Assembly (NCBI GenBank): GCA_041649315.1
Contig: JBAZNJ010000001.1
Location: 133,869 to 197,868 of the forward strand
Origin: Patescibacteria group bacterium
GTDB lineage: Bacteria > Patescibacteriota > Patescibacteriia > Patescibacteriales > UBA12465
Length of the DNA: 64,000 nt
Direction: 5' to 3'
Shown: positions 19,304-31,212 of the stretch, piece by piece
How the letters are laid out: each line of letters opens with the position of its first letter
How positions within the stretch are numbered: position 1 is the stretch's first letter
Position numbers and translations under genes: made by a program
Notes under the pieces: generated by a model
The model's database searches: none
What the model was told of the DNA's origin: nothing
The model's input: the letters and a program-made list of their open reading frames with translations, nothing else

Positions 19304-21445
19304 ATGAAAAAGATAAATTTCGCTAAAATTGCCGATAATTCCTATGATTATCTGCTTTTATTTCTGTCTTTAGCCACGATTTTCGGGGCGCTTATTTATT
19401 ATTTTTACGCCCTAAACAGTCAAGGTTTGATTTTAGCCGCGTTTTTAACGCTCGCGAGCGGCGGCGCGATTATTTGGCGCTGGAAAATCTGGGACAAAAA
19501 TCAAGCTAAAAAATCCGAACGAAATACTAAAACAACAGCCCAATCTACCGCGATAGAAAACCAGGTCGCCGGGATAGAAAGCCAAACTGCCGAGGCGGGA
19601 AATCAGGCTATCAAAATAAAAATTCAAACTGCTGGAATAAAAAATAAAATAATCAGTCGATTCGGCTTAGTCGCCTACTTCCTAAGTTATGCCGGTTTGC
19701 TTGCCTTGCTAATAAACGCTCAAAGCGACCGCGCTCTTATTTCCCCGTGGTCAGTCGTGCCGGACGGCTTTTTTTGGCTCTACGGATTTGCTTCGTTGTT
19801 ATTGGTTTTTATTTTAGCTCACCGCGGCTTAAGCGTTAATAAAAAAACCGCCCTACTTTCCCTCCATTACTTCCTGTCTTTTTCGGCCGCTTTAATCGTT
19901 TATAAAATCGGCTATGGCTTTGACCCTTTTGTCCATCAGGCGACTATGGAACTAATCGCTGAAAAAGGCGCGGTCTTACCAAAAACTCCCTACTACTTGG
20001 GCCAATACGGCCTCTTGGTTATGCTCAATAAACTAAGCGGAATTTCCTTGGCCTTATTAAATAAATTATTAGTGCCGGCGCTCGCCGCTTTATTTTTGCC
20101 GACCGCTATTTTTCGCTTCTTAAAAAATTGGCGGGACAGAAAAGATAATTTTCAAAGTGCCGTTAGCAGCAATTTCTTGACCGCGCTTTTTCTGCTTATC
20201 CTAAGCTTCCCAATCTTCATTGTTACGACGCCGCAAAATCTAAGCTATTTATTCTTAATCTTAAGCATTTTAGCCGGCTTTAAGCCGCGGAATTATTTAT
20301 GGACACCGCTTTTAGCCATATCGGCCGCGGCTGTACATCCGCTAACCGGCCTGCCGGCCTTAGCTTACGCCGCCCTGGTTTTATATAAAAAATATGGCAA
20401 AAATTTAAAAACATTCTATAAAAAAATAATTAACATTTTAATCTTTCTTTTTACCGCCCTGGCCTTGCCTTTGGCGCTCGGATTAAGCGGTGGCCGAATG
20501 AACGCGAACGGCAGAAACTGGATTAAAGGTGAAGGCGGGAACGCCATGATTTGGCTTAAAAATTTAATTAGCGAACTATTCGGCACACCACGCGCCGCCG
20601 GAAGCGAAAACATTTTCCTTAATTTCGCTTATTTTATCTTTTATAATTACCGCGTATTTATAATTATTATTATCATCGCGGCAATAATATATTTTTACCG
20701 TCGGCTTAAACGCCGAACGGATTCCGGGGCCGCCGAGAAAGAAAAAATCCGCCTAAGCAAATCAATGTTTAGCTTAAGCGGCGCTCTGCTTATCGCTTAC
20801 TTTTTAAGCCGCGGCCTGCGTTTTAATAATCTTATTGATTACGAGCAAGCAAGCTATGCCAGCCGAATCTTAGTTATTATTATAATCTTTCTTTTGCCTT
20901 TTTTGCTTATTAGCCTGCGCGACCTGATCGCCGCGATTTATGTTCGAGAAAGAATAGCAAAAATCATCTGGCTCGGACTCGGCTTATCCTTGCTCGCCGC
21001 CTCCCTCTATATTTCCTATCCGCGCTTTGACCGCTATTATAATTCCCGCGGTTATAGCACAAGCGCCGCCGATTTGGCCGCCGTCCGCTTAATTGACGAA
21101 CAAAACACCGGCCAGTACATCGTCCTTGCCAATCAACAGGTAAGTGCCGCCGCTCTTTCGCTTTACGGCTTTAACCATTATTATCAGACGCCAAGCGGTC
21201 CTTTATATTTCTACCCAATTCCGACCGGCGGGCCATTATATCAATACTACTTAGATATGGTTTACAAAAAACCCGACCGAGAGACCGCTTTAAAAGCGAT
21301 GGATCTGGCCGGGGTTAATACCGCCTACCTAATTATTAATAAATACTGGCACCAAAGCGGACGAGTTATCAACGAAGCGAAGCTGGCGGCGGATGAATGG
21401 TGGGATATCTATGGAGAGGTTTGGGTGTTTAGGTATGGGCGGTAA
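19304..21445 (+). CDS. Large polytopic membrane protein, unknown function
   Basis: 713-aa ORF with more than 10 hydrophobic segments, divergent from the GT-C gene. Five 21-bp heptad repeats at 19550-19654. Soluble C-terminal domain. Confidence 0.6.
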   Translation: MKKINFAKIADNSYDYLLLFLSLATIFGALIYYFYALNSQGLILAAFLTLASGGAIIWRWKIWDKNQAKKSERNTKTTAQSTAIENQVAGIESQTAEAGNQAIKIKIQTAGIKNKIISRFGLVAYFLSYAGLLALLINAQSDRALISPWSVVPDGFFWLYGFASLLLVFILAHRGLSVNKKTALLSLHYFLSFSAALIVYKIGYGFDPFVHQATMELIAEKGAVLPKTPYYLGQYGLLVMLNKLSGISLALLNKLLVPALAALFLPTAIFRFLKNWRDRKDNFQSAVSSNFLTALFLLILSFPIFIVTTPQNLSYLFLILSILAGFKPRNYLWTPLLAISAAAVHPLTGLPALAYAALVLYKKYGKNLKTFYKKIINILIFLFTALALPLALGLSGGRMNANGRNWIKGEGGNAMIWLKNLISELFGTPRAAGSENIFLNFAYFIFYNYRVFIIIIIIAAIIYFYRRLKRRTDSGAAEKEKIRLSKSMFSLSGALLIAYFLSRGLRFNNLIDYEQASYASRILVIIIIFLLPFLLISLRDLIAAIYVRERIAKIIWLGLGLSLLAASLYISYPRFDRYYNSRGYSTSAADLAAVRLIDEQNTGQYIVLANQQVSAAALSLYGFNHYYQTPSGPLYFYPIPTGGPLYQYYLDMVYKKPDRETALKAMDLAGVNTAYLIINKYWHQSGRVINEAKLAADEWWDIYGEVWVFRYGR

Positions 21446-21632
21446 ATATAGAAATAAAATCTTGTCAGGTCAAACCTCTATCTTTATAGTATATAGAGTA
21501 CTCATAAATCTTCAATTTAAGTATACTCTATTACCAATATATTATTAATAACAAAAAAATACCTAATTTTAGCGAAAAATAAACTAACATTTAATTAGCT
21601 ACCTCCTTTAAAACAGACCAACATCTAAGTAT

Positions 21633-24011
21633 TTACCTTCCCTCACGCCAATCCCAAACCGGGCCGACTGAGAAAACCTTATTATCTCCCTCGCGATGGG
21701 CAACGACTAATAATCTTAAATGGCTCAAATCCTCTTTTAATTTAGTTTTTTGGCCGGGAAAATTAAAAATTATCTGTTTCTGTTCCGGCGCCGCCTTCTG
21801 ATCAATGACCGTAAACTGCCGGCTAAAATTAGCAATAATTTCATTATCACTCGGACTCAAACTCTCGCCAGCTAATTCTTTAAGAACAATTCCTCGGAAA
21901 TCCGTCAGGTTTTCTTCAAGCTTTTTGATTTCCTGGAGCGCGTAATAGGTCTGGCTTTCTAATTGCAAGGCCTCAAGCATTTTAATAACCATCCGGCTAT
22001 TAGCCATAAGCTCATCAATCAAAGCCAAATTCGGCTCGACATAAGAATTTTCGGTCCAACGAGAAAAACTTAAACCGCCGGATGACGGCGTAAGCGGCGC
22101 TCCTAATTTTTCCCATGGTAATTGCAGATTCAACCAGGCCGCGGCCATGCTTTCTAAAGTCCTCTTCTCCCAGGCCGAGGAACGCGCGAACAAGGGCTGG
22201 ATCGCTTTATCTATATTTAAAAACTTTTTCGCTATATCTAAGGTCGCCCAATAATTATTGCTTTGCCAAATTATATCTTTAGATAATTCCTGCCTTAATT
22301 TTCCTGAAGCTGCATTATAGCCCTCATACGCGGTATTTTCCGTAAAATAATCATTACCGGCAATCGGCTTGACTAGGTTTGTAATATCGAAGGCAAATCC
22401 AGAACAGCGATACAAATCCTTATCCGAACATATTGTAATATTATTAGCCGCAACCGGAAGCTCGTTGCTATAGGCGCCGACTTCCGGCTTTAGTAAGTGG
22501 CTGAAAATATAATCATTCGGCCAATAAGATTCAGCTAAAATCCGTAAACCGGCCGCGATTTTAAATTCCGGGCTATCCGACGCCAAACCGCCGGCAATAG
22601 CCGCGAACTCCTTAGCCGCTAATTTTTGTCGCAATTTTTCAAGATTATCTGTTGATTCATCATTATCATCATCAAAAAGCTCCTCTATCTTATATTCCTC
22701 ACCGAATATTTCCATTAAGGCGTCGCGGTAATGGACATAACTTAAATCCTCACGCAAACCCTTAAAAAACGACATCACTTTATAAACCCGGGCCCATTTA
22801 TTTTTTAAATCTTCCCGAGACGAAAAATCTTTAGAAATAAAAGAAGCGGCAATGAAATTCAAACGCCAATCCGGCCAATCTAAAAGGCAATCCGGACAAT
22901 CGCCGCTTTGATAATTAAGCGGAAAAGCAGAATTAAGCCATTTTGTTGTCAAATAAAAATTACGCAATTTAGCATTGTCTTCATATTCCTTCGGTACCAA
23001 GAAATTTTTATAATCGCGGTCATAAAGCAAAACCGGGGACTTTGACTGAACCTTGGCGGCTCGGATAAGCTCAAGTTCTGCGGCCACATCATCGCGCAAA
23101 TAAGACGGCATCATGAATTGGAAGCGATCGCCGTCCGCCGAAGTAAATTTCCCAGCCGCACCGTCCGCCGCGATCTGTTCCGGCGCCGGCTTTAAAAGCT
23201 CCAAGGCGGTCGCAAAAAAAGCCGCGGCCAAGCGCTCTCCTTCTAAAATCGGATCGTTAACTTTGCCGATCATTGCTAACCGCGCTTCATAGCGATCGCG
23301 GGCGATTTCATAGAGTTCTTTATTAACCTCCCAAAGGTTAGAATAAAAAACATTTTCTTCAATGTCCTTAAAAGTCCGCTTTAAAGTATTCTGATAACTA
23401 TAGATTAAAAAATCCGCCGTAATCATAAGCGGCAACTGTTTTTCGTTCAACTCAGCGTAAACCGCAAAAAAATCCGCGGCCTCTTTTTCCCAAGGATTAT
23501 CTATCAGCGCGAAACCGGATTCATTTAAACTCTCCAGTCCCGGATCAAGATTTATCTTCCGAGAAACATCATAATAATTCATTACGTCAATCTTAACATT
23601 AAGCGGCAATTCATAATCCAAAATCTCCGGCGCGACTACTAGCGCCGGCGCCTCGTAAAAATCCGCAAAACTAAGATATTCTAAGGCCTCGGTCCAAGCA
23701 CCGGCTTCACCGTTACCGTTCTCATCGCCGGTTTCAAGCTCAAAACTCGGCAAGACGACCGGAGCAAAAATATCTTCCGGCTCGGCTATTGTTTCCAGAG
23801 GCGGCGCGGATTTAAATGGTGATTTTTTAATCAATAAAAAGGCCACTAAGGCGACCAAGGCAATCACTATTAAAGCGGCGGCGGCGATAATAATGATTTT
23901 CCGCCACGGCGGCCGGGAAACAACCGGCGCGTTATCTTCCGAAGCGCTTTCTTCTTCCGGGGCTAACTCGGAAGAAATGATTTTAGTTTGTTCCGCTTGA
24001 TCTTCAAACAT
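21633..24011 (-). CDS. Membrane-anchored extracytoplasmic protein, unknown function (possibly DUF3160-like)
   Basis: 792-aa ORF with single TM IIIIAAAALIVIALVALVAFLLI. The DUF3160 suggestion is memory only. Starts 4 bp after the mltG stop. Confidence 0.5.
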   Translation of the reverse strand: MFEDQAEQTKIISSELAPEEESASEDNAPVVSRPPWRKIIIIAAAALIVIALVALVAFLLIKKSPFKSAPPLETIAEPEDIFAPVVLPSFELETGDENGNGEAGAWTEALEYLSFADFYEAPALVVAPEILDYELPLNVKIDVMNYYDVSRKINLDPGLESLNESGFALIDNPWEKEAADFFAVYAELNEKQLPLMITADFLIYSYQNTLKRTFKDIEENVFYSNLWEVNKELYEIARDRYEARLAMIGKVNDPILEGERLAAAFFATALELLKPAPEQIAADGAAGKFTSADGDRFQFMMPSYLRDDVAAELELIRAAKVQSKSPVLLYDRDYKNFLVPKEYEDNAKLRNFYLTTKWLNSAFPLNYQSGDCPDCLLDWPDWRLNFIAASFISKDFSSREDLKNKWARVYKVMSFFKGLREDLSYVHYRDALMEIFGEEYKIEELFDDDNDESTDNLEKLRQKLAAKEFAAIAGGLASDSPEFKIAAGLRILAESYWPNDYIFSHLLKPEVGAYSNELPVAANNITICSDKDLYRCSGFAFDITNLVKPIAGNDYFTENTAYEGYNAASGKLRQELSKDIIWQSNNYWATLDIAKKFLNIDKAIQPLFARSSAWEKRTLESMAAAWLNLQLPWEKLGAPLTPSSGGLSFSRWTENSYVEPNLALIDELMANSRMVIKMLEALQLESQTYYALQEIKKLEENLTDFRGIVLKELAGESLSPSDNEIIANFSRQFTVIDQKAAPEQKQIIFNFPGQKTKLKEDLSHLRLLVVAHREGDNKVFSVGPVWDWREGR

Positions 24012-24015
24012 GTTT

Positions 24016-24936
24016 TTATTTTAAATATTTATATTTATTATTCAGATGTTCATTATACGTCCGAGCATAAAAAACTTTCTTGTCCGGCGTCGTTAGAAAA
24101 TAATAATAATCCGACTCAAGCGGATAAATCGCCGCTTTAATCGCCGCTAAACTCGGATTACTAATCGGCCCGGGCGGTAAACCGCGGTATTTATAGGTAT
24201 TGTAAGGCGAATCAACTTCCAATTCCGCGCCGCTATGCGCCGCTTTATTATCATTAAGAATATAAGATAAAGTCGCGTCCGCCTGCAAGCCCTGGCCGAT
24301 ATTTAAACGATTCCAGAAAATCCCGCTAATCAACCGGGCGTCGCGATTTTCGTTATCTCCTTGATAAACCGGCGCTTCTTTTTCGATCAGTGAAGCCATA
24401 ATAATTATTTCATAAATCGTCTTCCCTTGCCGTGCTATTTCTTTCCGCAGGTCCGGCGTGAGCTTTGCGTCAAAATTCGCGAGAATTTTCTCAAGGACCT
24501 GAAGCGGCGTTGAACTGGCATAAATCCGATAAGTATCCGGGAATAAATATCCTTCTAAACCATAATATTCCGGCTTATCCGCTAAAAAAGAAAATTTTTC
24601 GGAAAAATCATAAGGCGCTGGCAACTGTTTATCCTCTGACAATCTTTTATTATTGCGATAATCAACCAAGGGATGCCCGACTAAATCCAAAAATTCTTCC
24701 GCCGGCCATTTCCCCAATTCTTCAAAATATTGAGCCAAATCCCGCGTTGTCCAGCCCTCTTTAATCCGAATAGTTTCCTCTACCGGCACTTCAATAAGCG
24801 GCGTTGGTTTGGGTTTTTCTTTTTTTAATAAAATATTCAAGGCGAGCAAGACGATTGCCGCTAATAAGATTAAAGCCACTAAAAATCTCGCCCCTAATCT
24901 TTTTCTGTTATATCTCCGCCCCTTATATCCAAACAT
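24016..24936 (-). CDS. mltG: Endolytic murein transglycosylase MltG (YceG-like)
   Basis: 306-aa ORF. N-terminal TM, ASLIEKEA, LQADATLSY, SPYNTYKYRGLPPGPISNP. Confidence 0.9.
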   Translation of the reverse strand: MFGYKGRRYNRKRLGARFLVALILLAAIVLLALNILLKKEKPKPTPLIEVPVEETIRIKEGWTTRDLAQYFEELGKWPAEEFLDLVGHPLVDYRNNKRLSEDKQLPAPYDFSEKFSFLADKPEYYGLEGYLFPDTYRIYASSTPLQVLEKILANFDAKLTPDLRKEIARQGKTIYEIIIMASLIEKEAPVYQGDNENRDARLISGIFWNRLNIGQGLQADATLSYILNDNKAAHSGAELEVDSPYNTYKYRGLPPGPISNPSLAAIKAAIYPLESDYYYFLTTPDKKVFYARTYNEHLNNKYKYLK

Positions 24937-24943
24937 AATTTAT

Positions 24944-25444
24944 TTAATTTTTTCTTTTCTTTAAAATCGCCGCCCGAGCAATTAGCTTAGAACTAGCACG
25001 AATTTTTTTGCCCAGGCCGTCAACCATTTTAATCCCTAATTTCCGGCAAATTTCATATTCCGGCACATCATTGATATTTTTCCGATCGCCACCGTTAGCA
25101 AAAATATCCGGTTTTAATTTAGCTAAAGATTTTATAACTGGTACATGGCCATCGGCCGTCTGATAATCATCAATCGCTAAAACCGCCTTATCAACCTCGC
25201 GCAAAGCGCTCACAATCGCCAAACGATCTTTTTCGGACATGAACGGCACCCGACCTTTTAAAGCTACCTGCTTATCATTATTAACAATCACTACTAATTT
25301 ATCACCAAGTTTTTTTGCTTTTTTAATCATTTCCAGATGCCCGACATGAAGCGGGTTAAAGTATCCGGACACGGCGACCACAAGCGGTTTATGGCGCTTT
25401 TTATTGACGGAAATTTTCTTTACTGATTTAGACAATTTAGGCAT
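24944..25444 (-). CDS. HxGH cytidylyltransferase-family nucleotidyltransferase (TagD / RfaE domain II-like)
   Basis: 166-aa ORF. VAVSGYFNPLHVGHLEMIKKAKKLGDKLVVIVNND. Confidence 0.75.
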   Translation of the reverse strand: MPKLSKSVKKISVNKKRHKPLVVAVSGYFNPLHVGHLEMIKKAKKLGDKLVVIVNNDKQVALKGRVPFMSEKDRLAIVSALREVDKAVLAIDDYQTADGHVPVIKSLAKLKPDIFANGGDRKNINDVPEYEICRKLGIKMVDGLGKKIRASSKLIARAAILKKRKN

Positions 25445-25521
25445 AATTTATGAAAAATTTAAAACAAAAATAACAAAAATTGATAATCCTATTATAGCAA
25501 ATTAAGGGAAAAAGATAAAAC

Positions 25522-25545
25522 AAAAAGGCCGGAATTAATCGGCCC
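25522..25545 (-). terminator. groEL intrinsic terminator
   Basis: Minus strand reads GGCCG-ATTAATTC-CGGCC followed by TTTTT (plus-strand stem 25527-25531 / 25540-25544). Confidence 0.6.
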
Positions 25546-25571
25546 TTTCGCTTTAAAATATTTTTTTAAAA

Positions 25572-27280
<1,709 letters not shown>

Positions 27281-27352
27281 TTAGAATAATGGTTTTTTGG
27301 AATAGTATTTTTATGTTGGTGCTCAAAACACTATTCCAAAAAACTCTACATT

Positions 27353-27646
27353 TTAATTATTTATAATCGCGATGATATCGCTTTCGCTCAAAACTAAATA
27401 TTCCTCGCCATCAATTTTTACTTCATCCGGCGAATATTTTTTAAACATAACTTGGTCGCCGACCTTAACCGTCATCAGCGCGACCTGGCCGTTATCAAGC
27501 TGACGGCCAACGCCAACAGCAACGACTTCGCCGCGTTCCGGCTTTTCTTTATCCATCGTTTCCGGTAAAACAATTCCGGATTTGGTCATCTCCTCTTTTT
27601 TTAAGGGCTTAACCACGACATTGTTAAAAAGTGGGTTTAGTTTCAT
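27353..27646 (-). CDS. groS: Co-chaperonin GroES
   Basis: 97-aa ORF. LNPLFNNVVVKPLKKEEMTKSGIVLPE...GEVVAVG. Confidence 0.97.
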   Translation of the reverse strand: MKLNPLFNNVVVKPLKKEEMTKSGIVLPETMDKEKPERGEVVAVGVGRQLDNGQVALMTVKVGDQVMFKKYSPDEVKIDGEEYLVLSESDIIAIINN

Positions 27647-27673
27647 ATTTTTTCTAATATTAAATAATTTATT

Positions 27674-27700
27674 TTAGCAGTCATATTAAATGAGTGCTAA
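27674..27700. promoter_or_regulatory. CIRCE operator (HrcA site) upstream of groES
   Basis: TTAGCAGTC-N9-GAGTGCTAA. One mismatch to the consensus TTAGCACTC-N9-GAGTGCTAA. Confidence 0.9.
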
Positions 27701-27710
27701 TTCTGTTAAT

Positions 27711-27739
27711 ATTTTAGCCCTTTAAAAAATAGCTGTCAA
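27711..27739 (-). promoter_or_regulatory. groESL promoter (TTGACA-17-TAAAAT)
   Basis: Minus strand has TTGACA (27739-27734), a 17-nt spacer and TAAAAT (27716-27711). CIRCE begins 10 nt downstream. Confidence 0.7.
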
Positions 27740-27917
27740 GAGTTAAAATCTGGACATAAAAAACAAAATTAGAATCTACGATAGCGCTTGCGCCGCGAAA
27801 TCAAACTGCACGTTCAGCATAAAACCAGGCCGCGTGCTTGAAATAAATCGCTTGCGTAAAATAAAAAACCGCATATAAATACGCGGCTTCTATATTTTAC
27901 AGGCCTTATTTGACTTA

Positions 27918-28487
27918 TTATTTTTTCCGGGTGAACACAATATAGCTACCCTTAGGAACCCCGTCCTCAAAGCAAGCGATATTGCTTACCCATTTACCGT
28001 ACATATTTTTACTAACGAACACAACTTGGCGGCAACCATAATTACTCAACCAAAGGTTTTTTTCATAATCAAGCCCAAAGATAAATGATTCATCTTCCGG
28101 CTCAACATTCCCTTCTAGTTGTGCCCAAATTATAAATAGTCGGTGCGCATTCGGCATTGATCCCTTTTGTTTAGAGATAAACTCTAAACACTGTTCGCTT
28201 CTCAAGTCGCATTTTAAGCGATAAATAAAAGCATGCTCCCGCCCGGTATAAAGCGGCGCACTCGGATCGAAAGCTCCTTTTAATATATCCCGATTAAAGT
28301 ACAGAAAAACATCTCCTGTATCTTTATAAAATTTCTCTAAGGAAAAATTAGCCGGGATTTCTATTGGCCAGCGCAAGATTGGCTCAAAGCAGTCCTGTAG
28401 TTTTACCTTCTTCGCCTTTTTTGGCGATACAGCGGTCAGCCCGAAAGCAACGACCGACAACAATAATATCAATAATATTTTTTTCAT
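27918..28487 (-). CDS. Secreted protein, unknown function
   Basis: 189-aa ORF with signal-peptide-like MKKILLILLLSVVAFGLTAVSP and 6 Cys in the mature part. AT-rich context. Confidence 0.6.
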   Translation of the reverse strand: MKKILLILLLSVVAFGLTAVSPKKAKKVKLQDCFEPILRWPIEIPANFSLEKFYKDTGDVFLYFNRDILKGAFDPSAPLYTGREHAFIYRLKCDLRSEQCLEFISKQKGSMPNAHRLFIIWAQLEGNVEPEDESFIFGLDYEKNLWLSNYGCRQVVFVSKNMYGKWVSNIACFEDGVPKGSYIVFTRKK

Positions 28488-28681
28488 GGCTAAATATATT
28501 TATTTGTTAATAATACTAATTAATTTTCCTGACATAATACCACATAAATAATCTTATGTCAATATATTATCATCATTATTTTTGTAGTAAGATAATAGAG
28601 TAAAATAAGGGAAAATTTATCAGAATGAGCCGGATGTCTTACTCGCCTTAAAACAAGCTCCCTATTAGCAAATAAAAAATT

Positions 28682-29485
28682 ATGACTATTTTTCATGGCT
28701 TTATTTTAGGTCTGATTGAAGGCCTTACTGAATTCCTGCCGATCTCTTCCACAGCACATTTGATTTTAGCAGCTGATTGGCTAAAAATACCGGGCTCTGA
28801 TTTTTTGAAAACTTTTGAAATTTCTATTCAGCTCGGCGCGATCTTAGCAGTCGCGGTTTTATATTGGAAACGAATTTTCGCTTCCCGCGCCTTGATCGGC
28901 AAAATCACCGCCGCTTTTATTCCGACGGCGCTTATTGGTTTCGCCGGCTATAAAATCATCAAAAACTATTTAATGGATAATCTTTATATCATTGCCGGGG
29001 CGCTCCTGATCGGCGGCTTGATTTTAATTATCTTGGAAAAATATTATTCCCGGCGCGAAGAGAATAAAAAAACCGCAACCGAAGATGGCGGCGCGAATCT
29101 TAAACTTTCTTATCGCCAAGCCGTGATTGTCGGCTGCTGCCAGGGCTTAGCCGTTGTCCCCGGCGTTTCCCGCTCGGCCGCCACGATTATCGGCGGACTC
29201 GGACTTGGAATTAGCCGGAAAGATATCGTAGAGTTTTCTTTCCTACTCGCCTTGCCGACCATGCTGGCGGCCACGGGTTATGATCTTTATAAAAGCCGAG
29301 GAGTGCTCGGCGTTTTAACCAGCCAGGACTTAATCGTCTGGCTTATCGGTTTCGTAATGTCTTTCATAACCGCGATTATCGGCATCCGCTTCTTCCTTAA
29401 ATTCATCAAGAAAAATAATTTCGTTCCTTTCGGCTGGTACCGGATAATTATTGCTTTAGTGGTTTTGGCGGGGCTGGTTTTTTAA
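28682..29485 (+). CDS. uppP: Undecaprenyl-diphosphate phosphatase
   Basis: 267-aa ORF. GLIEGLTEFLPISSTAHL and PGVSRSAATIIGG BacA motifs. Confidence 0.93.
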   Translation: MTIFHGFILGLIEGLTEFLPISSTAHLILAADWLKIPGSDFLKTFEISIQLGAILAVAVLYWKRIFASRALIGKITAAFIPTALIGFAGYKIIKNYLMDNLYIIAGALLIGGLILIILEKYYSRREENKKTATEDGGANLKLSYRQAVIVGCCQGLAVVPGVSRSAATIIGGLGLGISRKDIVEFSFLLALPTMLAATGYDLYKSRGVLGVLTSQDLIVWLIGFVMSFITAIIGIRFFLKFIKKNNFVPFGWYRIIIALVVLAGLVF

Positions 29486-29492
29486 TTTAGCG

Positions 29493-29759
29493 TTAATATG
29501 ATTTAATTTTTCTTTTCCGAATCGGATAATACACTAAACCTAAAATAATAAACACTAATCCTAAAATATTCACGCCCCAAACGCCGATTACAAATATAAC
29601 GTCATATTCAAATAATTTAATCAAACCGAAACCTAATAAAAATGCGAAAAAACCCGTCCTGATATAGGCCAAGGTGTTCCTTTCGTTCGCTAATATAGTT
29701 CTTTCTTGCGCCATCAATTCCTGCGAAGGAATTATTTTTTTAAAATGATTGTTTTCCAT
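29493..29759 (-). CDS. DUF202 (YidH-like) small membrane protein
   Basis: 88-aa ORF. ERTILANERNTLAYIRTGFFAFLLGFGLIKL plus a second TM. Confidence 0.7.
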   Translation of the reverse strand: MENNHFKKIIPSQELMAQERTILANERNTLAYIRTGFFAFLLGFGLIKLFEYDVIFVIGVWGVNILGLVFIILGLVYYPIRKRKIKSY

Positions 29760-29850
29760 AATATTTAAATTAATTTATAGAGCGACGCGTCGCCCTTGCC
29801 ACATGTGAGGCGCGGATTAAAGCCGCGTCGGATTCAAATAGGACATATTC

Positions 29851-30156
29851 CTATTCTTTATTGATCCATTTTTTTTCAATAGCTTCTTCCAGGTCGATTT
29901 CAAGAAGATGGGCATTAACCATCGCCATGCCGACCACATCAGCAAGTTCTTTAGCCAATTCTTTCTTGGAAACATCTTCCGCCACATACTTTTCAGGACG
30001 GCTTTTTTTCCTATAGATTAAAACGGCTTGTGAAAATTCGCCGATTTCTTCATATAATTTAATCAATGCGAAATCTTCATCAATTTCCACATTATATTCC
30101 TTGCCATACCTAATAGCATTTTCTACTACCTTTTTTTGCACCTCTTTGAATGTCAT
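29851..30156 (-). CDS. Small MazG-like nucleotide pyrophosphohydrolase
   Basis: 101-aa ORF. LYEEIGEFSQAV and ELADVVGMAMVNAHLLEIDLEEAIEKK helix pattern. Confidence 0.65.
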   Translation of the reverse strand: MTFKEVQKKVVENAIRYGKEYNVEIDEDFALIKLYEEIGEFSQAVLIYRKKSRPEKYVAEDVSKKELAKELADVVGMAMVNAHLLEIDLEEAIEKKWINKE

Positions 30157-30361
30157 ATAAAAATTAAAATAAAAATTATTTTAGTTAACAGCGGTAAGTA
30201 AGCCGATGGCGCCATAATGTTTACACATACGATAAATTTACCACATCCTTATTAAATTATTTGGCGGTGAAATTTAGATGAAAGAAATTTATATTCCTTG
30301 TTAATATTACAGGTAAATTTATTGAACCTCATATTAGTTGTTATATGATGTTCTGAAATTT

Positions 30362-30925
30362 TTATTTACATTCAACGCTAATTAATATTTCTTTAATAAC
30401 TTTAGAAATTTTTTCAACAGCGGGTGCCAACATTCTATGTATCATCATAATAAATTGAATATTTTCTTTAACATCTACTATCTCAGTAAGTTTTTTTTCA
30501 AACTCCCAAAACAAATTATTTTTTAGACCCTCTTCTTGCGGTAGAAAATCATAAGAGCCGTATTCTATTTGCCTTTTTTCGTGAATATCGCTAAACATTT
30601 TACAAAATACATCTGGATGAATGCTAATTTTCTCAGATTTATAAGTAGTTTCCAGATGGTTTTTTAAAATCAGATCTACTATTTCGTAAAAAATTTCTCT
30701 GCCACATTCATCCTTAAGCTGTTGAAAAATCAATCTATCTACGATATTAATATAAAAATGAGTCATTTCTATAACAATTAGTCCAAAACTTTTTTCATCG
30801 GTTTTCGGATGTGAGGAACCATTAAATATATCAAAAACTGTTTTGGCATCTGAATAAGCTTCTACTTGCAGTATTGAGCTAATTAGTTTTGCGGCTTCGT
30901 TTTTAGTAATCTTTTTATTACTCAT
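30362..30925 (-). CDS. Hypothetical all-alpha protein in an AT-rich island
   Basis: The ORF track extends to a TTG at 31000. ATG at 30925 (MSNKKITKNEAAKL...) preferred. No recognisable motif. Confidence 0.45.
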   Translation of the reverse strand: MSNKKITKNEAAKLISSILQVEAYSDAKTVFDIFNGSSHPKTDEKSFGLIVIEMTHFYINIVDRLIFQQLKDECGREIFYEIVDLILKNHLETTYKSEKISIHPDVFCKMFSDIHEKRQIEYGSYDFLPQEEGLKNNLFWEFEKKLTEIVDVKENIQFIMMIHRMLAPAVEKISKVIKEILISVECK

Positions 30926-31177
30926 TTTTATATAGTTAATAAATAAAAATTTCAAAATTTCACATAGCTCCTTTCTATACAAAACATTTCCATAATTCAA
31001 GCTAAATTTGTATATTATGCGAGATTATGATATATTTTTTGCCATCTAAATCTACCTTTATTTTACTGATTCCTAAACAATTATGCAAATCCGTCTTTCT
31101 TTTAATTATGGCGAATTCGCTATAATTAAGTCCGTGCCTAAAAACTCCAAAACTAAAAAACATTACCAGTCCCTTAT

Positions 31178-31212
31178 AAAAAAAGCCCCGGCTTAGCGGC
31201 CGGGACTTTTTA
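31178..31212. terminator. Bidirectional terminator ending the atp operon
   Basis: CCCGGC (31187-31192), loop TTAGCG, GCCGGG (31199-31204), flanked by A-run and T-run. Confidence 0.65.

Noticed and set aside
31001-31185. Short plus-strand ORFs in the AT-rich spacer (e.g. MQIRLSFNYGEFAIIKSVPKNSKTKKHYQSLIKKAPA) as toxin-antitoxin-like genes.
   Set aside because: No start context, no recognisable family, and the ORF runs into the atp terminator. Mentioned only as possible decayed remnants.
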